NCBI RefSeq assembly: GCF_001194135.2
Contig: NC_068987.1
Coordinates: forward strand, 69,801,148-69,840,682
DNA length: 39,535 bases
Direction: 5' to 3'
From: Octopus bimaculoides
Taxonomy: Eukaryota
The notes under the pieces are model-generated. The model had not been told where the DNA came from, searched no databases, and saw only the letters and a program-made list of their open reading frames with translations. Below are positions 11,137 through 23,081 of this stretch, piece by piece; position 1 is the first letter of the stretch, and every line of letters starts with the position of its first letter. A program made the position numbers and the translations under genes.

Positions 11137-12789
11137 CACTTCGCCAAACCATATGACCGTATAATGGTCGGGGACCTTGGATTTTCTACACCACAAGTAT
11201 TCCGGCTTTGGCTTGGATCCCGATAGTGTTGATAGCCCAGTATTTAGGTCGAGTGCGTCACTGGAAATACCTCAACTTCACACCAAAATGACCTTAGCCA
11301 TTCGTTCTCTCTCTTACGCTCTCTCTTTCTCTCTCTTCCTCTCTATATGTACATATATATACATGTATATATACACATAAATATGAACAAGCATATACAT
11401 GCACAAATATATAAAGAGGTGCAGAGGTAATTGTGTTCTTTGGTGATTCAAAATTTGATGTTTGTTTTAAATAAAATTTCATTTAACCACGTACATGTAA
11501 TATAACATTTTGAAACACTGAATTTGCTCTATTGATTTGTTCTCATGGTTTTAGTTTGGTTTTTAGTTCGTCTGTTTTGGGTTTTTTTTCTTGTTTCATT
11601 TGAGACTATTAAATTAAAGACGATAAAAAGCAAATTCTAACGATTTTATTTTATGAGTTAAAAACAAAAAAGCAAAGTGACGTAAAACCACTTTCACTGT
11701 CAACAGGCAACTCCATATTGGTTCCGAAATGTTCGTACTTGAATAGAGAAGCTTGCAGGAACAATACATAAAATAGGGAGCCAAGTAGCTACAGCAACTC
11801 AAGTACTTGGGGTTTCATGCTAATAGGCCCATTAAAGTTTGCCCTGTGCATTTGATCTAAACTCTAAACCTGTGAACCCCTTCAATTCCTCGGTTAATAG
11901 TACACATTTATGTGTGTACGCAAGCGGGCGCATGCGCGCAATATGCATTACACCAAAAATATATAGCTACAGAGAAAACGGCATTTCTTGTTAATATAAT
12001 CAGCCCGTTAGAAATAGTAGTTAAATATACAGAAATCATACCTGACCGTTTTAAAGTAGGTAGGATATTTGATAGCAAATAGTTAAGATCACTGTTTCAA
12101 TGTTTCCTACATATACGTCCTAACACAGCTATACATACACTCAAAGTACAGAGATGGAAGACAAATGATAATGGTACATAAATAGTTAAAAATGGATAAC
12201 ATAGACATAGCCAAATCATTAGAGTGAAAAGGTATGAATATTTGTAATGTTCATACCCACAAAGTTCAAGAAAAGAAACCTAAATGAAAGAAATCGAAAG
12301 GAGGAGCAGATATTGGACACTCCAGAAATTTGGCTCAATAAGTCGACAGCTGACAATATAATCGTGATTGCATTGACTGATTTTATTGATTTAATTGATT
12401 GAAGTCTGTTGAAATAAAAGACGGTTGCAATCAATTAATTGAATCAAACCAGTGTATTATTAGTACTGTCTTTTCGACTACGGAATTATGAAAATCTAAC
12501 TCCAATGGAATGACGAATCTTAAGTTCGGAAAAGTATTTAGTCTAGGATTCAATATTAGCTTTTTTTTATATTTTTGTCAATTCATTGTTCTTGAAAATT
12601 TATGACATATTAATCCGTGCATTACCTCGTGCAATGCAATGTTCTTGTAGATAACAACATGTTAATCCTACGGCTTCGAACGAAGACTAAAACTAGCTAT
12701 TTTTTAACCCCAAGTAAGTTCTAAATCTGCAGACCTAGAGCCAAGTGCATTTCCGCCGTTACCATCCCGTCATTATTTCATGCAGCGAA

Positions 12790-12968
12790 GGCGGCGAGTT
12801 GACAGAAACGTAAGCACGTCAGGCGAAATGCTTAGCCGTATTTCGTCTGCCACTACTTTCTGAGTTCAAATTCCGCCGAGGTTGACTTTGCCTTCATCCT
12901 TTCGGGGCCGATGACTTAAGTACCAGTTGAGTACTGGGGTTGATGTACCTATAGTAGAAATGATTATT
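12790..12968 (+). mobile_element. tRNA-derived SINE, family A, with an internal deletion near the 3' end
   Basis: GGCGGCGAGTTGACAGAA...GAGTTCAAATTCCGCCGAGGTTGACTTTGCCTTCATCCTTTCGGGG...TGATGTA|CCTATAGTAGAAATGATT. The segment after GATGTA seen in the 3491 copy is missing. Confidence 0.88.
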
Positions 12969-13473
12969 TAATGCACTGTATCCAGGTTTATGCTATAGAT
13001 GTTAGCCTTTCTCTTTCTATAGAGTGAATTGTATAATTTAAGGAATATTTGGTTTGATTCACATCTTTTCGTGTATCTTCTACAATGCGTAGCGGCTCCT
13101 TTCGATCGACTGAGGAAAAGTTTGCATTTAACTAAATGAGGCCAGCCAGCTCTGACTGGAGAAGTTTATGAAAAAGATATTCTAGCGTTGAGCAAGATAT
13201 TTTCTTAACACTACATATGAGCTACCATTTTTTAAAAACAATAATGTTTGATTTTAAATGTAGTAATTGTTATATGTAACAGGAAAGAACCGCGTACGGG
13301 ATCACTCGTTGGCTCATCTGAGAATAACAAGAGTTTATAACGTTCAGGATTTTTGTCAATGTTAATAGTGATGAGAGCTCTTTTTTACTTTTGTGTAAGA
13401 GAAATATATGCAATGAAGAAGAGTAATTACTGCAATACATGAACAATTCAATACATTATTTACTAATACTATA

Positions 13474-13836
13474 GGCGCAGGAGTGGCTGTGTGGTAAGTC
13501 GCTTGCTTACCAACCACATGGTTCCAGGTTCACTCCCACTGTGTGACACTTTGGGCAAGTGTCTTCTACTATAGCCTCGGGCCGACCTAAGCCTTGTGAG
13601 TCAATTTGGTAGACGGAAACTGAAAGAAGCCCGTCGTATATATATGTATATATATATATGTGTGTCTGTGTGTGTTTGTATGTCTGTGTTTGTGCCCCCC
13701 CCCAATATCGCTTGACAACCGATGCTGGTGTGTTTACATCCCCGTAACTTAGTGGTTCGGCAAAAGAGGCCGATAGAATAAGTACTAGGCTTACAAAGAA
13801 TAAGTCCTGGGGTCGATTTGCTCGACTAAAGGCGGT
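13474..13836 (+). mobile_element. Bipartite tRNA-derived SINE, family B (3' end lost in gap)
   Basis: GGCGCAGGAGTGGCTGTGTGG (A-box-like), GGTTCACTCCC (B-box-like), body ending GAAAGAAGCCCGTCG, internal (TA)n(TG)n, then the right module up to CGACTAAAGGCGGT. Confidence 0.92.
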
Positions 13837-14562
13837 NNNNNNNNNNNNNNNNNNNNNNNNNNNNNNNNNNNNNNNNNNNNNNNNNNNNNNNNNNNNNNNN
13901 NNNNNNNNNNNNNNNNNNNNNNNNNNNNNNNNNNNNNNNNNNNNNNNNNNNNNNNNNNNNNNNNNNNNNNNNNNNNNNNNNNNNNNNNNNNNNNNNNNNN
14001 NNNNNNNNNNNNNNNNNNNNNNNNNNNNNNNNNNNNNNNNNNNNNNNNNNNNNNNNNNNNNNNNNNNNNNNNNNNNNNNNNNNNNNNNNNNNNNNNNNNN
14101 NNNNNNNNNNNNNNNNNNNNAAGATTAACAGAATTAAGCAAAAAGTAAAGTAAAAAGAAAAAAGAAAGACTTTCAATTGACTAAATGTAGCCAAACCTTT
14201 ACCAAACTTGAATACCATTCTAAAATAACTTGTCGCTTCTGTATTTATAATTTTTTTTTTCTAAATTGAGTCACACCTTCAATGTTATTGTTTGGTTTCC
14301 TACAATTTTCATTGCATTTTAAAATACTTTATGTACAGTCTTAAAGATTTTAACAAGAAAAACAGCCAACATCAACGTTACCTGAATAAAACGTTAATTA
14401 AATCTTACATGATTAAAGAAAAAGACATCTAGGAAATATTTTTACCGCAGATCTTTAAAGTCGACATCGTTCGCAGGCTTCGTCAATGCCTTCTTAATTT
14501 TTTCTTGTCTGTTTTATTACCCATAAATCGCTAATAGCCAAATTTTCCATAACCTAATCATA

Positions 14563-14602
14563 ATCCATCCATTCATCCATCCATCCATCCATCCAGCCAT
14601 CC

Positions 14603-14650
<48 letters not shown>

Positions 14651-14774
14651 GTCTGTCTGTCTGTCTGTCGGTCTGTCTGTGTGCCTATCTATCTATCTAT
14701 CTATCAGTCTGTCTGTCTATCAGTCTGCCTGTCTGTCTGTCTGTCTGTCGGACTGGCTGGCTGGCTGGCTGGCT
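14563..14774. repeat. Tetranucleotide ladder (ATCC)n-(ATCT)n-(GTCT)n-(GGCT)n
   Basis: Direct reading; successive units differ by one base. Confidence 0.92.
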
Positions 14775-14790
14775 CTTCTATCTGTATATC

Positions 14791-14975
14791 TATATACAAA
14801 AATAAGAGTAATGACCAGCAAAAGTGGACTCCTATATGCTAGAAATAGATGCCGAATCATCTATCCACGAAAAATGTTCTCTGAGAACATATTTTTCGTG
14901 GTTAGATGATTCGGCATCTGTTTCTAGCGTATAGGAGTCCACTTTTGCTGGTCATTCCTCTTATTTTTGTATGTA
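14791..14975. mobile_element. 185-bp near-perfect palindrome, probably a TA-flanked palindromic MITE
   Basis: Arm 14791-14881 is the reverse complement of 14883-14975, with about 5 substitutions and one 2-nt indel. The centre is GTTCTC-T-GAGAAC and TA lies at both ends. Confidence 0.85.
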
Positions 14976-15114
14976 ATATAATTTTAATCTTCGAATTTTT
15001 TTAATATGCTGGACCACTGGTTTTGATTGATTAATATCAATTTCTACCCTTATTAATAAATGTATATCTATAAATGTAGATATACTTTTTTCTGTGGATT
15101 TGTGTATGTCTTTA

Positions 15115-15362
15115 GGCGTAAGAGTGACTGTGTGGTAAGACACTTGTTTCCCAACCACATGGTTCCGCGTTCTGTCCCACCGCGTGGCACATTGGGCAAG
15201 TGACTTCAACTACAGCCTTGGGCTGACCAAAGCCTTGTGAGTGGATTTGGTAGACGGAAACTAAAAGAAGCCCGTCGTATATATACATAAATGTATGTAT
15301 TTGTGCATGTGTTTGTCTCGCTACCATCGCTTGACAACCGATGTTGGTGCGTTTATGTGCCT
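15115..15362 (+). mobile_element. Family B SINE, diverged and 3'-truncated
   Basis: Head and left body align to 13474 and 35930; the right module stops after ATCGCTTGACAACCGATG...GTTTATGTGCC. Confidence 0.88.
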
Positions 15363-17999
15363 GTGTATATATGTGTGTCTGTGTGTGTGTGTGTATGTGC
15401 GTATGTGTGTTTGACTGTGTATGTGTTCGTGTGCGTGTGCGTGTGTGTGCGCGCGCACAGATATATAATAACTTTTAATAGGTCTACGAACTTAAGTACA
15501 CTGACTAAAAGTCTCAATATTGGATGTATTCTCAAAATCATCTTCATTCACAATGGTAAATATATATTGCGATATTTCGCAGACGCCAGCTTCATTCTAA
15601 ATGTCTTTTGAGAAGCCTGTACCACCTATATCTCCTAGTAAAATGTGACCATTTAAAATGTGTATGCGCGTGTGTATGTACATTTCGTTCTATTAGCTTG
15701 ATTTGAATAAATGATGTTCTTCACCGTTATCTGTGAGCAAAAACTCACAAAATTTAGACCATCGGGAACACTTGCAATGTAAGAATATTAGATTGGAAAA
15801 AATGATATTAAATAACGATGGCTAAGATACGAATTCGACACAATGAAAAAGAAATCTGTGAAGCAGTATGCTTTCTACATACAATTTTACCACCTCTGTT
15901 AAACTTAAGACTAATGATTATACATAATAGTGATTTTTTTCGCTACCTCAACTCTTCAGAATGTTAACTGTAACGTTGTTGCTCACAGGATAAATACCTT
16001 GCCCTAGCTGTTGAAATATCTTTGTCGATGAAAATTTGCATTTAATAAAATAGTATTGAATATCAGATAAGATATAATAGGATTGCTTTAAAAGATACAT
16101 GTGATTGATTACATTTAGGGTATTCACAAATTTTTAAGTGCAAACATGTGTTTGATATAACAGAACAGGTTTAAAAATCTTATACGATCGTATAGACCGT
16201 GAAATAGTAATGTCTTTATAATCTCTCAGAGACTGTTAAGATAGTGTAATATTTCTAGTGACTTTAGGCAAACCAATGGATTATAGGTCTGAAAACAATT
16301 TATCAATTACAGTTATAAGAACTTCCAATTTAATTAAAGGTTTTGAGATGGTTGGAGTGCATTTTATGGTCGTTTAATTTTGAATATTAGCGAACATACT
16401 GCTAAACAGTGCGTTAATAGGACTACGTTGAGACAGAATTCATAGAGATTATTACAAACTTTATGAAGAAAACTGCATTTTAAAAACAAAACTATAGGAT
16501 GCTCATAGAATTTTGGAATTAGATGAAATGTTTAATAAGATTACAGATTAACGGCTTAGGTAAATTTGATATGCAAAATGCAGTAGTTTTAAAAATTACT
16601 GGAACTAGTACAACTAATAAAACTATAGGAGTTTTAAGAGTTCTATGCTTGTATCAGAATAGAATTATAAATGGATTAACGGGATTATATAGATTAATGT
16701 TACCGTTAATCGGATTATAAGGTCTGGAATAATATTAAGATTATAGATTAAATAAAACTAGTACAGCTAATGAAATTAACAAAAATAAAAAATAAATAAA
16801 AAATAAAACCAGGTAATCATAAGAAAAAATTCTATTATATCGATTGCAGAAGATTAAGAATTATTATGAAAATTAGAAATTGATAGATCTGTAAGGTCAA
16901 TCACTATTTATCGAGCGTTAAGTGCACTTTACGATTGCTGTGTTTATGTGCTTATTTGTGTGTCGGTGTTTTTATGAGTGGCAATAGAGAGAGAGGGAGA
17001 GAGAGAAGGGAAAGGCATAGGAGTGATACCCTTTTGTTGCATTTTTATGGTATGTAAATTATAAATTATTCATTATAAAAACACTGCTTGTTAATTTTCG
17101 AGCCTCATCATATATCAATGCATGAAGTGAAATACCAAAAATTGCAATGAACCTATAATGCATTGTGTCGGTTAAAAATCTGAACTTTAAATTCACCTAA
17201 TAACTTGAAAGAATTATATTTTCTGTGTTTCTATTTATTTAAATTTTTTTTTCTTTATTTGTCAGAGATCCTGATTATACGAACAGCTGTTTTTAATAGG
17301 ATTACGTTCATTGTTATAATTGCTTGATTTGTTAATTTTTCTTTCTTCCTTGCTTTCTTTCCTTTTTTCACATTAAACTTTTCATTTCTATATTTTTACT
17401 ATTGCTATGGATATGGCATTCTCAGTTTTACTTGAACGATGTCTGAAGAATTTTCTGAAAAAATGTGATTGTTCTCTGAGACATCTATATTACTAGTGCT
17501 AATATTGCATTATTATTTTTCTTTGACTTCTGAAGTTGCATTTGTATGAAGATGTAAGTTGTCAGATTATTGGCATTATCATATCTTTAAAATCACAAGC
17601 GTCATGACATGTATATTACGCTGTTTATTATTGTTCAGCTATAGAATATTACTTAACTTTTAAAATGATTCGCTTTATTAAACAATATAGGTCGATCATT
17701 GGCGGGATCGGTGGAGAGACGGATTAAACGTCATGTAGGATTCAGTGAGATTCTTGTACTTTCTGAGTTTATATAGCAACGAGATTCACTTAGCCTTGTA
17801 TCTTTGTATAATTTATAATATGAGTAACATGTACACATGGTGAAGAGGGTCAATGAATTATACTCTTCGCTATAAATTTGTAGCTAAAGGGGAAAAAATG
17901 AAAAAAATCAATATTTCAGCATCTTTGAATTGTGGCGGTTAGGATGTACCAGACACGAGTAGAGATAACGTTGGTTTGTTCGCTGACGATTGCACAGTT

Positions 18000-19390
18000 T
18001 ACGTCATCCTTCAGAACTATTCCATAATGAGAAAACTCTTCCTTCTTCTTACTCTGACATACTAAATGTTGAATCACAGACTTTGGGAAATCTCTTACAA
18101 TTTCCACCATTAATGGCATCACAGAAATTGAGACGCTTTCCAAGAGCATCTAGTAGGATTACTAGAACACGTAAGCTTACCCGTTGTTTTGTAATTAACT
18201 CCGAAATACAGAAATTCAATACTGATGGATTCTGGATTTCAGCAAAGAAGCAAAATATCAAAGAACGCCTTTGGAGGTTTTAAATTCTGCCACCACTCAT
18301 TTGATTTTAACCAAGAAATCAACAAAATAGGTTGAATGAAAATTACTACGAACTAAAACATTTCATTAAGTGCAAGAACAAAGGTTTGCTAGACTTCCAG
18401 AAAAAAATCAACTGCAAGTCCAAATAGATATCTTTATTAAAAGCTGAACAATCAACTGGGTCAACAAGGTAAGTGAAATTCCTACTTATATGACAGCTGT
18501 GGTTGCTTCCTTGCTCCTAAGGACATTCACAATCCATTCACTTGCAGCCGAATGCTTCTACGTAACAGTAATACTTTGGTCGTAATTCAAACAAATGAAA
18601 TGAAAAAAAAAGACCATCAAAATGCCCTCAAATCTTTATCACAACCTCAAAATCTTGAAGCATAATCCAATTTCTGAAATGGACTAAATTCCAGCAGCAG
18701 TTTTTCTAAAAAGGAAATATGCTACTCTAGAAGAATCGTTTATCAACTTATCAAGATATGTATTTCTCTTATCAAGATATGTATTTCTCTTGCTATGTAT
18801 TATTGAATATGTAATGATTAGTATCATCCACAAGAAGAAACGAAACAAAGAAGACGGTATAATTCACCGAGTCTTCAAAAAAGGGAAATGTCTCAATCGA
18901 CACAGGAATAATGTTTACAAGACTGTAGTTTTCCTCAGTCTGCTCTATGATTTTGAAGCATGGACAACCTCTGTCTGTCATTTGAAAAACATTGGAAGTT
19001 TTCATCATTTCTACAATTGAAACATTCTTGATATCAGCTAGCAGGACTATAGATCGAACGTTGGTATTCTCAATAAAGACGAGACAATCAACATTGATGT
19101 AATTATCAACAAAAACCAACTCAACTCAAAGGTGCAGGTCCATTCATCCGAATGATTTCTATTCCCAACTGAAAGGAAAGAAAATGCTTAAATGCTGAAC
19201 AAATGAAATATATAATTTTTTTTTCAATTCCTACGTCTTCGACTGGCGAAGACCTGGCGATAATCCACCTAAGGTGGAAAAGCTCAGATCCACAGCGAGT
19301 TCAATACTTTGGAAAGAAAGAATTGATCATTTTGAAAATAAAGAATTGTACAAATTAAAAGAAAAATGGGCAACGAAAAGAACACTTTTC
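18000..19390 (+). mobile_element. Heavily decayed RTE-clade LINE (linker and post-RT C-terminal regions; RT core not recognisable)
   Basis: 18850-19170 reads HRVF...VYKTVVFLSLLYDFEAWT..HLKNIGSFH...NILDIS*QDYRSNVGIL...KNQL..AGPFIRM. 19240-19370 with a frameshift reads DWEDLA..RWKSS..VQYFGKK. Both match the RTE/Bov-B C-terminal region. 18100-18410 (EIETL, NTDG..KQNIKER, ELK..IK.KNK) weakly matches the EN-RT linker. The 5' boundary is uncertain. Confidence 0.75.
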
Positions 19391-19459
19391 CAACCAAGGT
19401 GTAGGAATATGTTAGGTGGAAAGACATATATTTTTATTTCACTCATAGAAGAAAATCAC

Positions 19460-19648
19460 TTACTCTTTTACTTGTTTCAGTCTTTTTGACTGTGGCCATG
19501 CTGGAGCACCGCCTTTAGTCGAGCAAATCGACCCCAGGACTTATTCTATCGGGCTCTTTTGCCGAACCGCTAAGTTACGGGGACATAAACACACCAGCAT
19601 CGGTTGTCAAGTGATGTTGGGGGGACAAACACAGACACACAAACACAT

Positions 19649-19705
<57 letters not shown>

Positions 19706-19876
19706 CATATATACGACGGGCTTCTTTCAGTTTCCGTCTACCAAATCCACTCACAAGGCTTTGGTCGGCCCGAGGCTATAGTAGAAAACACTTGCCGGAG
19801 ATGCCACGCAGTGGGACTGAACCCGGGACTATGTGGTTGTTAAGCAAGCTACTTACCACACAGCCACTCCTACGCC
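19460..19876 (-). mobile_element. Family B SINE, full length, with a 22-bp deletion
   Basis: Reverse complement of the 35930 copy over its whole length, except the segment between the two AGAATAAGT repeats. Confidence 0.93.
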
Positions 19877-21351
19877 TAATAATATAATATCTCCATAATA
19901 GAAATTTATTGAAGGACTAAGTTAACTTTATACGGGTTTCAAACTAGAGCATTATATTGTGTCCTTTGTTTGTACTGTTCGTACTTTTTTAAACATTACT
20001 GTTCGCGAGACTGTCAGCATATCCCTTTACTTATTTATTGTGGTTTGCAGTTCACTTACATATTCACAAAAGTAGAGTGGTATCTGTAGTGGAGATGGGA
20101 TAACGTAGATATTTTATAATTCGATGCATCACAGTAAAACGACTTTTCGAGGTTCAATTCATGGCCCATACCATACATTTCATTTTAAGGGACGGCTTCG
20201 TTTATATAGTGTATCAAGTTAGATAACTGTAACCACTTCTCATATTCAATGAAATAACGTCTGCGAGGAAATGGTAATATTCCAACGAGTCGAATTTGTA
20301 TTTTCGACTTATTGTTATCTCTATTCACTTTATCTATTAGTTAAACTTATCTTGTTCTTGAAGAAGTTTTTATTCAATTCTAAAGATCAAAAAGATGTTT
20401 TCTTTTCATTCATTTTTTTCTGTCTTTATCTTGATAGAATCGAATTGTTTACGAGAAAAACTTCGTTTCACCCATTTTACAAACAAAATATCGTGAATTC
20501 CGGTCAAATGTATATATCTTTCATCTGAAAGAATTCTTAAATATATATCGTTACAGCTTTGTAAACAGGTATGCACGAAATATCCACGCGTAACATATTT
20601 CAGCCATGATATAACTTTTAATCAGGAAAATACTTATCTCTCAACCAAAGACCATAATGATGAACATTTATGAATGTGAACATTATGAATATACATATAC
20701 AAAAGAAAAATGGTGTCCAATGATGATATTTTAAAACCATTGTTAGACACTATATTAGATACTATGTATAACAGCCGAACTCCCTTCAAACTACACTAAA
20801 AATATATAAAAATTGATAAATTTTTCAATTCATCTCTGATACAAAACAAAACACAGATAAGTGTATCATTCTCCGAAACACAATAAGAATTGGCCTGGAT
20901 ATAAGCAGCAAGCACCAGCAACATAATCCTGGACATATTTTACGATCTTATTTACAAACGCAACTATAGCAAAACCCAGTGGTACCAAATTCAAGTCACT
21001 AGAAAATGAATCCAGTTTAAACGTACAAAATACTCTACACTATAAGTTAAATATTACCGTTCTTTTTCGTCCATGAAATATAACGTTTCAGCGTATGCAT
21101 GTATGTATGTATGTATGTATGTATGTATGTATGTATGAAGGCATATACAGATGTAATCGTACTTGGATCAGATATAAAGTTAAGAGCTGAAAAATCACAC
21201 ACAAAAAGTTGGATTCATGAATATTTGAGTGTATGCATGTGTATTACATGACACATGCGTACAGACAGAAACACGTATCTGTGTATTGTAGGCGTGAAAT
21301 TAAATGCACACACAAATACATACACACACACACACACACACNNNNNNNNNN

Positions 21352-21382
<31 letters not shown>

Positions 21383-21724
21383 AATATTAGATGAACATTT
21401 CAAAGTGTGAAATATTTTCCAATCATTTCAATACAAGATTGTTGCATATATCAGTTATACGTCTATACCGGATAAATTTTCTTCTGGAATAATTTCTAGT
21501 GTTAGATTTAATCCGTTCTGGTTTGATATATGAAGCTGAAGTGGGAATCTGAATTTAACGGCGTTAGATGAGTTGTATTCAAGAAGATTACAATATTATT
21601 CGAATCTCTCCTTATTGATTGGAATGTGTCCCGGTGTAAGTGTACACGTGAAAAAAAAATTTAATTAATTCCAAAAGAAGGAATATTTGAAACACCATAC
21701 TGATGAATATAACACATCATGCAA

Positions 21725-21883
21725 ATATATACACAGATGTACGCACACACATACATACACACACACATACATACATACATACATACATACATACACACAC
21801 AAACACCCACATGCACGTATGTATACATATATAAACACATATATTGATAGATACATACGTAGAAATGTTATACACCACTAAAA

Positions 21884-21951
<68 letters not shown>

Positions 21952-22100
21952 GAACACACACTCACATATATGTGTGAGTAGGTGAGTGTATGTGTGTGTA
22001 AGTATGTGTGTAGATACATACACACATACATACATACATACATACATTCATACATGCATGCATAAATACATATATAGATATATAGATATATGAACGTACA
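21725..22100. repeat. Compound (CATA)n/(TA)n/(TG)n microsatellite field
   Basis: Direct reading. Confidence 0.85.
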
Positions 22101-22413
22101 TGTATATAGAGAAACTCATATACACATATACCTAGATACAGATACAAAAAGGGAGTGAGAAAGACCAAGAGAAAGTGAGAGAGAGAAAAGTGACGAACGG
22201 TAACCAATAACCCAAGAATGGAATAGATTGTAAGAAAGGAATGAGATATCGTGAGAGAAGGATATGTGCATAATTTTTCGTCTGTGTGATTGGAACGTCA
22301 CGCTGATTTTTGGCTAATATTCTTGTTTCTTTATTACCTCTCCGTTAACTATTCTCTTCTTGTTGTCTGTCTCTTTCTCTTTCTCTATCCCTTTCTCTCT
22401 CTCNNNNNNNNNN

Positions 22414-22471
<58 letters not shown>

Positions 22472-22697
22472 CTCTGTTACTCTGTGTCTCCATCTCTCTG
22501 ACTTTTTCCTCATTCCCTACAAATTTAGGAAGATTTGGAAGCATTCACTAACTATATAGCCCTTAACGCATTTGAATTATACGCTATGTTCCCATAGGTG
22601 TATATGTGGCTTTAGTACTCGTGCACTAAAGTGAAATATGAAGACGTAAAACGAGTGAAATATCTATCTATATATACGCCAATATATATATGCACAT

Positions 22698-23081
22698 GGA
22701 GGCGCAATGGCCCAGTGGTTAGGGCAGTGGACTCGCGGTCATAGGATCGCGGTTTCGATTCCCAGACCGGGCATTATGAGTGTTTATTGAGCGAAAACGC
22801 CTAAAGTTCCACGAGGCTCCGGCAGGGGATGGTGCCGAACCCTGCTGTACTCTTCCACCACAACTTTCTCTCACTCTTACTTCCTGTTTCTGTTGTGCCT
22901 GTAATTCTAAGGTTCAACTTGTCACACTGTGTCACGCTGAATATCCCCGAGAACTACGTTAAGGTCACACGTGTCTGTGGAGTGCTCAGCCACTTGCACG
23001 TTAATTTCACTAGCAGGCTGTTCCGTTGATTGGATCAACTGGAACCCTCAACGTCGTAAGTGACGGAGTGCCAACAACAAC
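22698..23081 (+). mobile_element. tRNA-derived SINE, family C, full length with (CAA)n tail and 11-bp TSD
   Basis: Head GGAGGCGCAATGGCCCAGTGGTTAGGG...GGTTTCGATTCC; 3' end GACGGAGTGCCAACAACAAC; TATATGCACAT at 22687-22697 and 23084-23094. Confidence 0.93.

Noticed and set aside
15728-15993. ~15-20-bp inverted match TTATC(C)TGTGAGCAA
   Set aside because: Short, with no matching termini or TSD; could be chance or a very old MITE.
17944-18003. DVPDTSRDNVGLFADDCTVY, resembling an RT FADD motif
   Set aside because: Bounded by stops, with no neighbouring RT motifs, and out of order relative to the RTE remnant downstream. It may be a tiny CR1/L2 relic but cannot be supported.
19236-19278. Twin hairpins (GTCTTCG/CGAAGAC; TCCACC/GGTGGA) suggesting an HDV-like ribozyme
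   Set aside because: P1/P2/P3 pairings could not be built, and the sequence translates as the RTE C-terminus (WEDLA..RWKSS).
20800-20938. Minus-strand MSRIMLLVLAAYIQANSYC..., signal-peptide-like
   Set aside because: A short ORF with no convincing donor site or partner exons.
22698-22775. tRNA gene calls for SINE heads (also at 1400-1466, 13474, 35930)
   Set aside because: A/B boxes are present, but there is no complete cloverleaf or Pol III T-run terminator; each continues into a SINE body.
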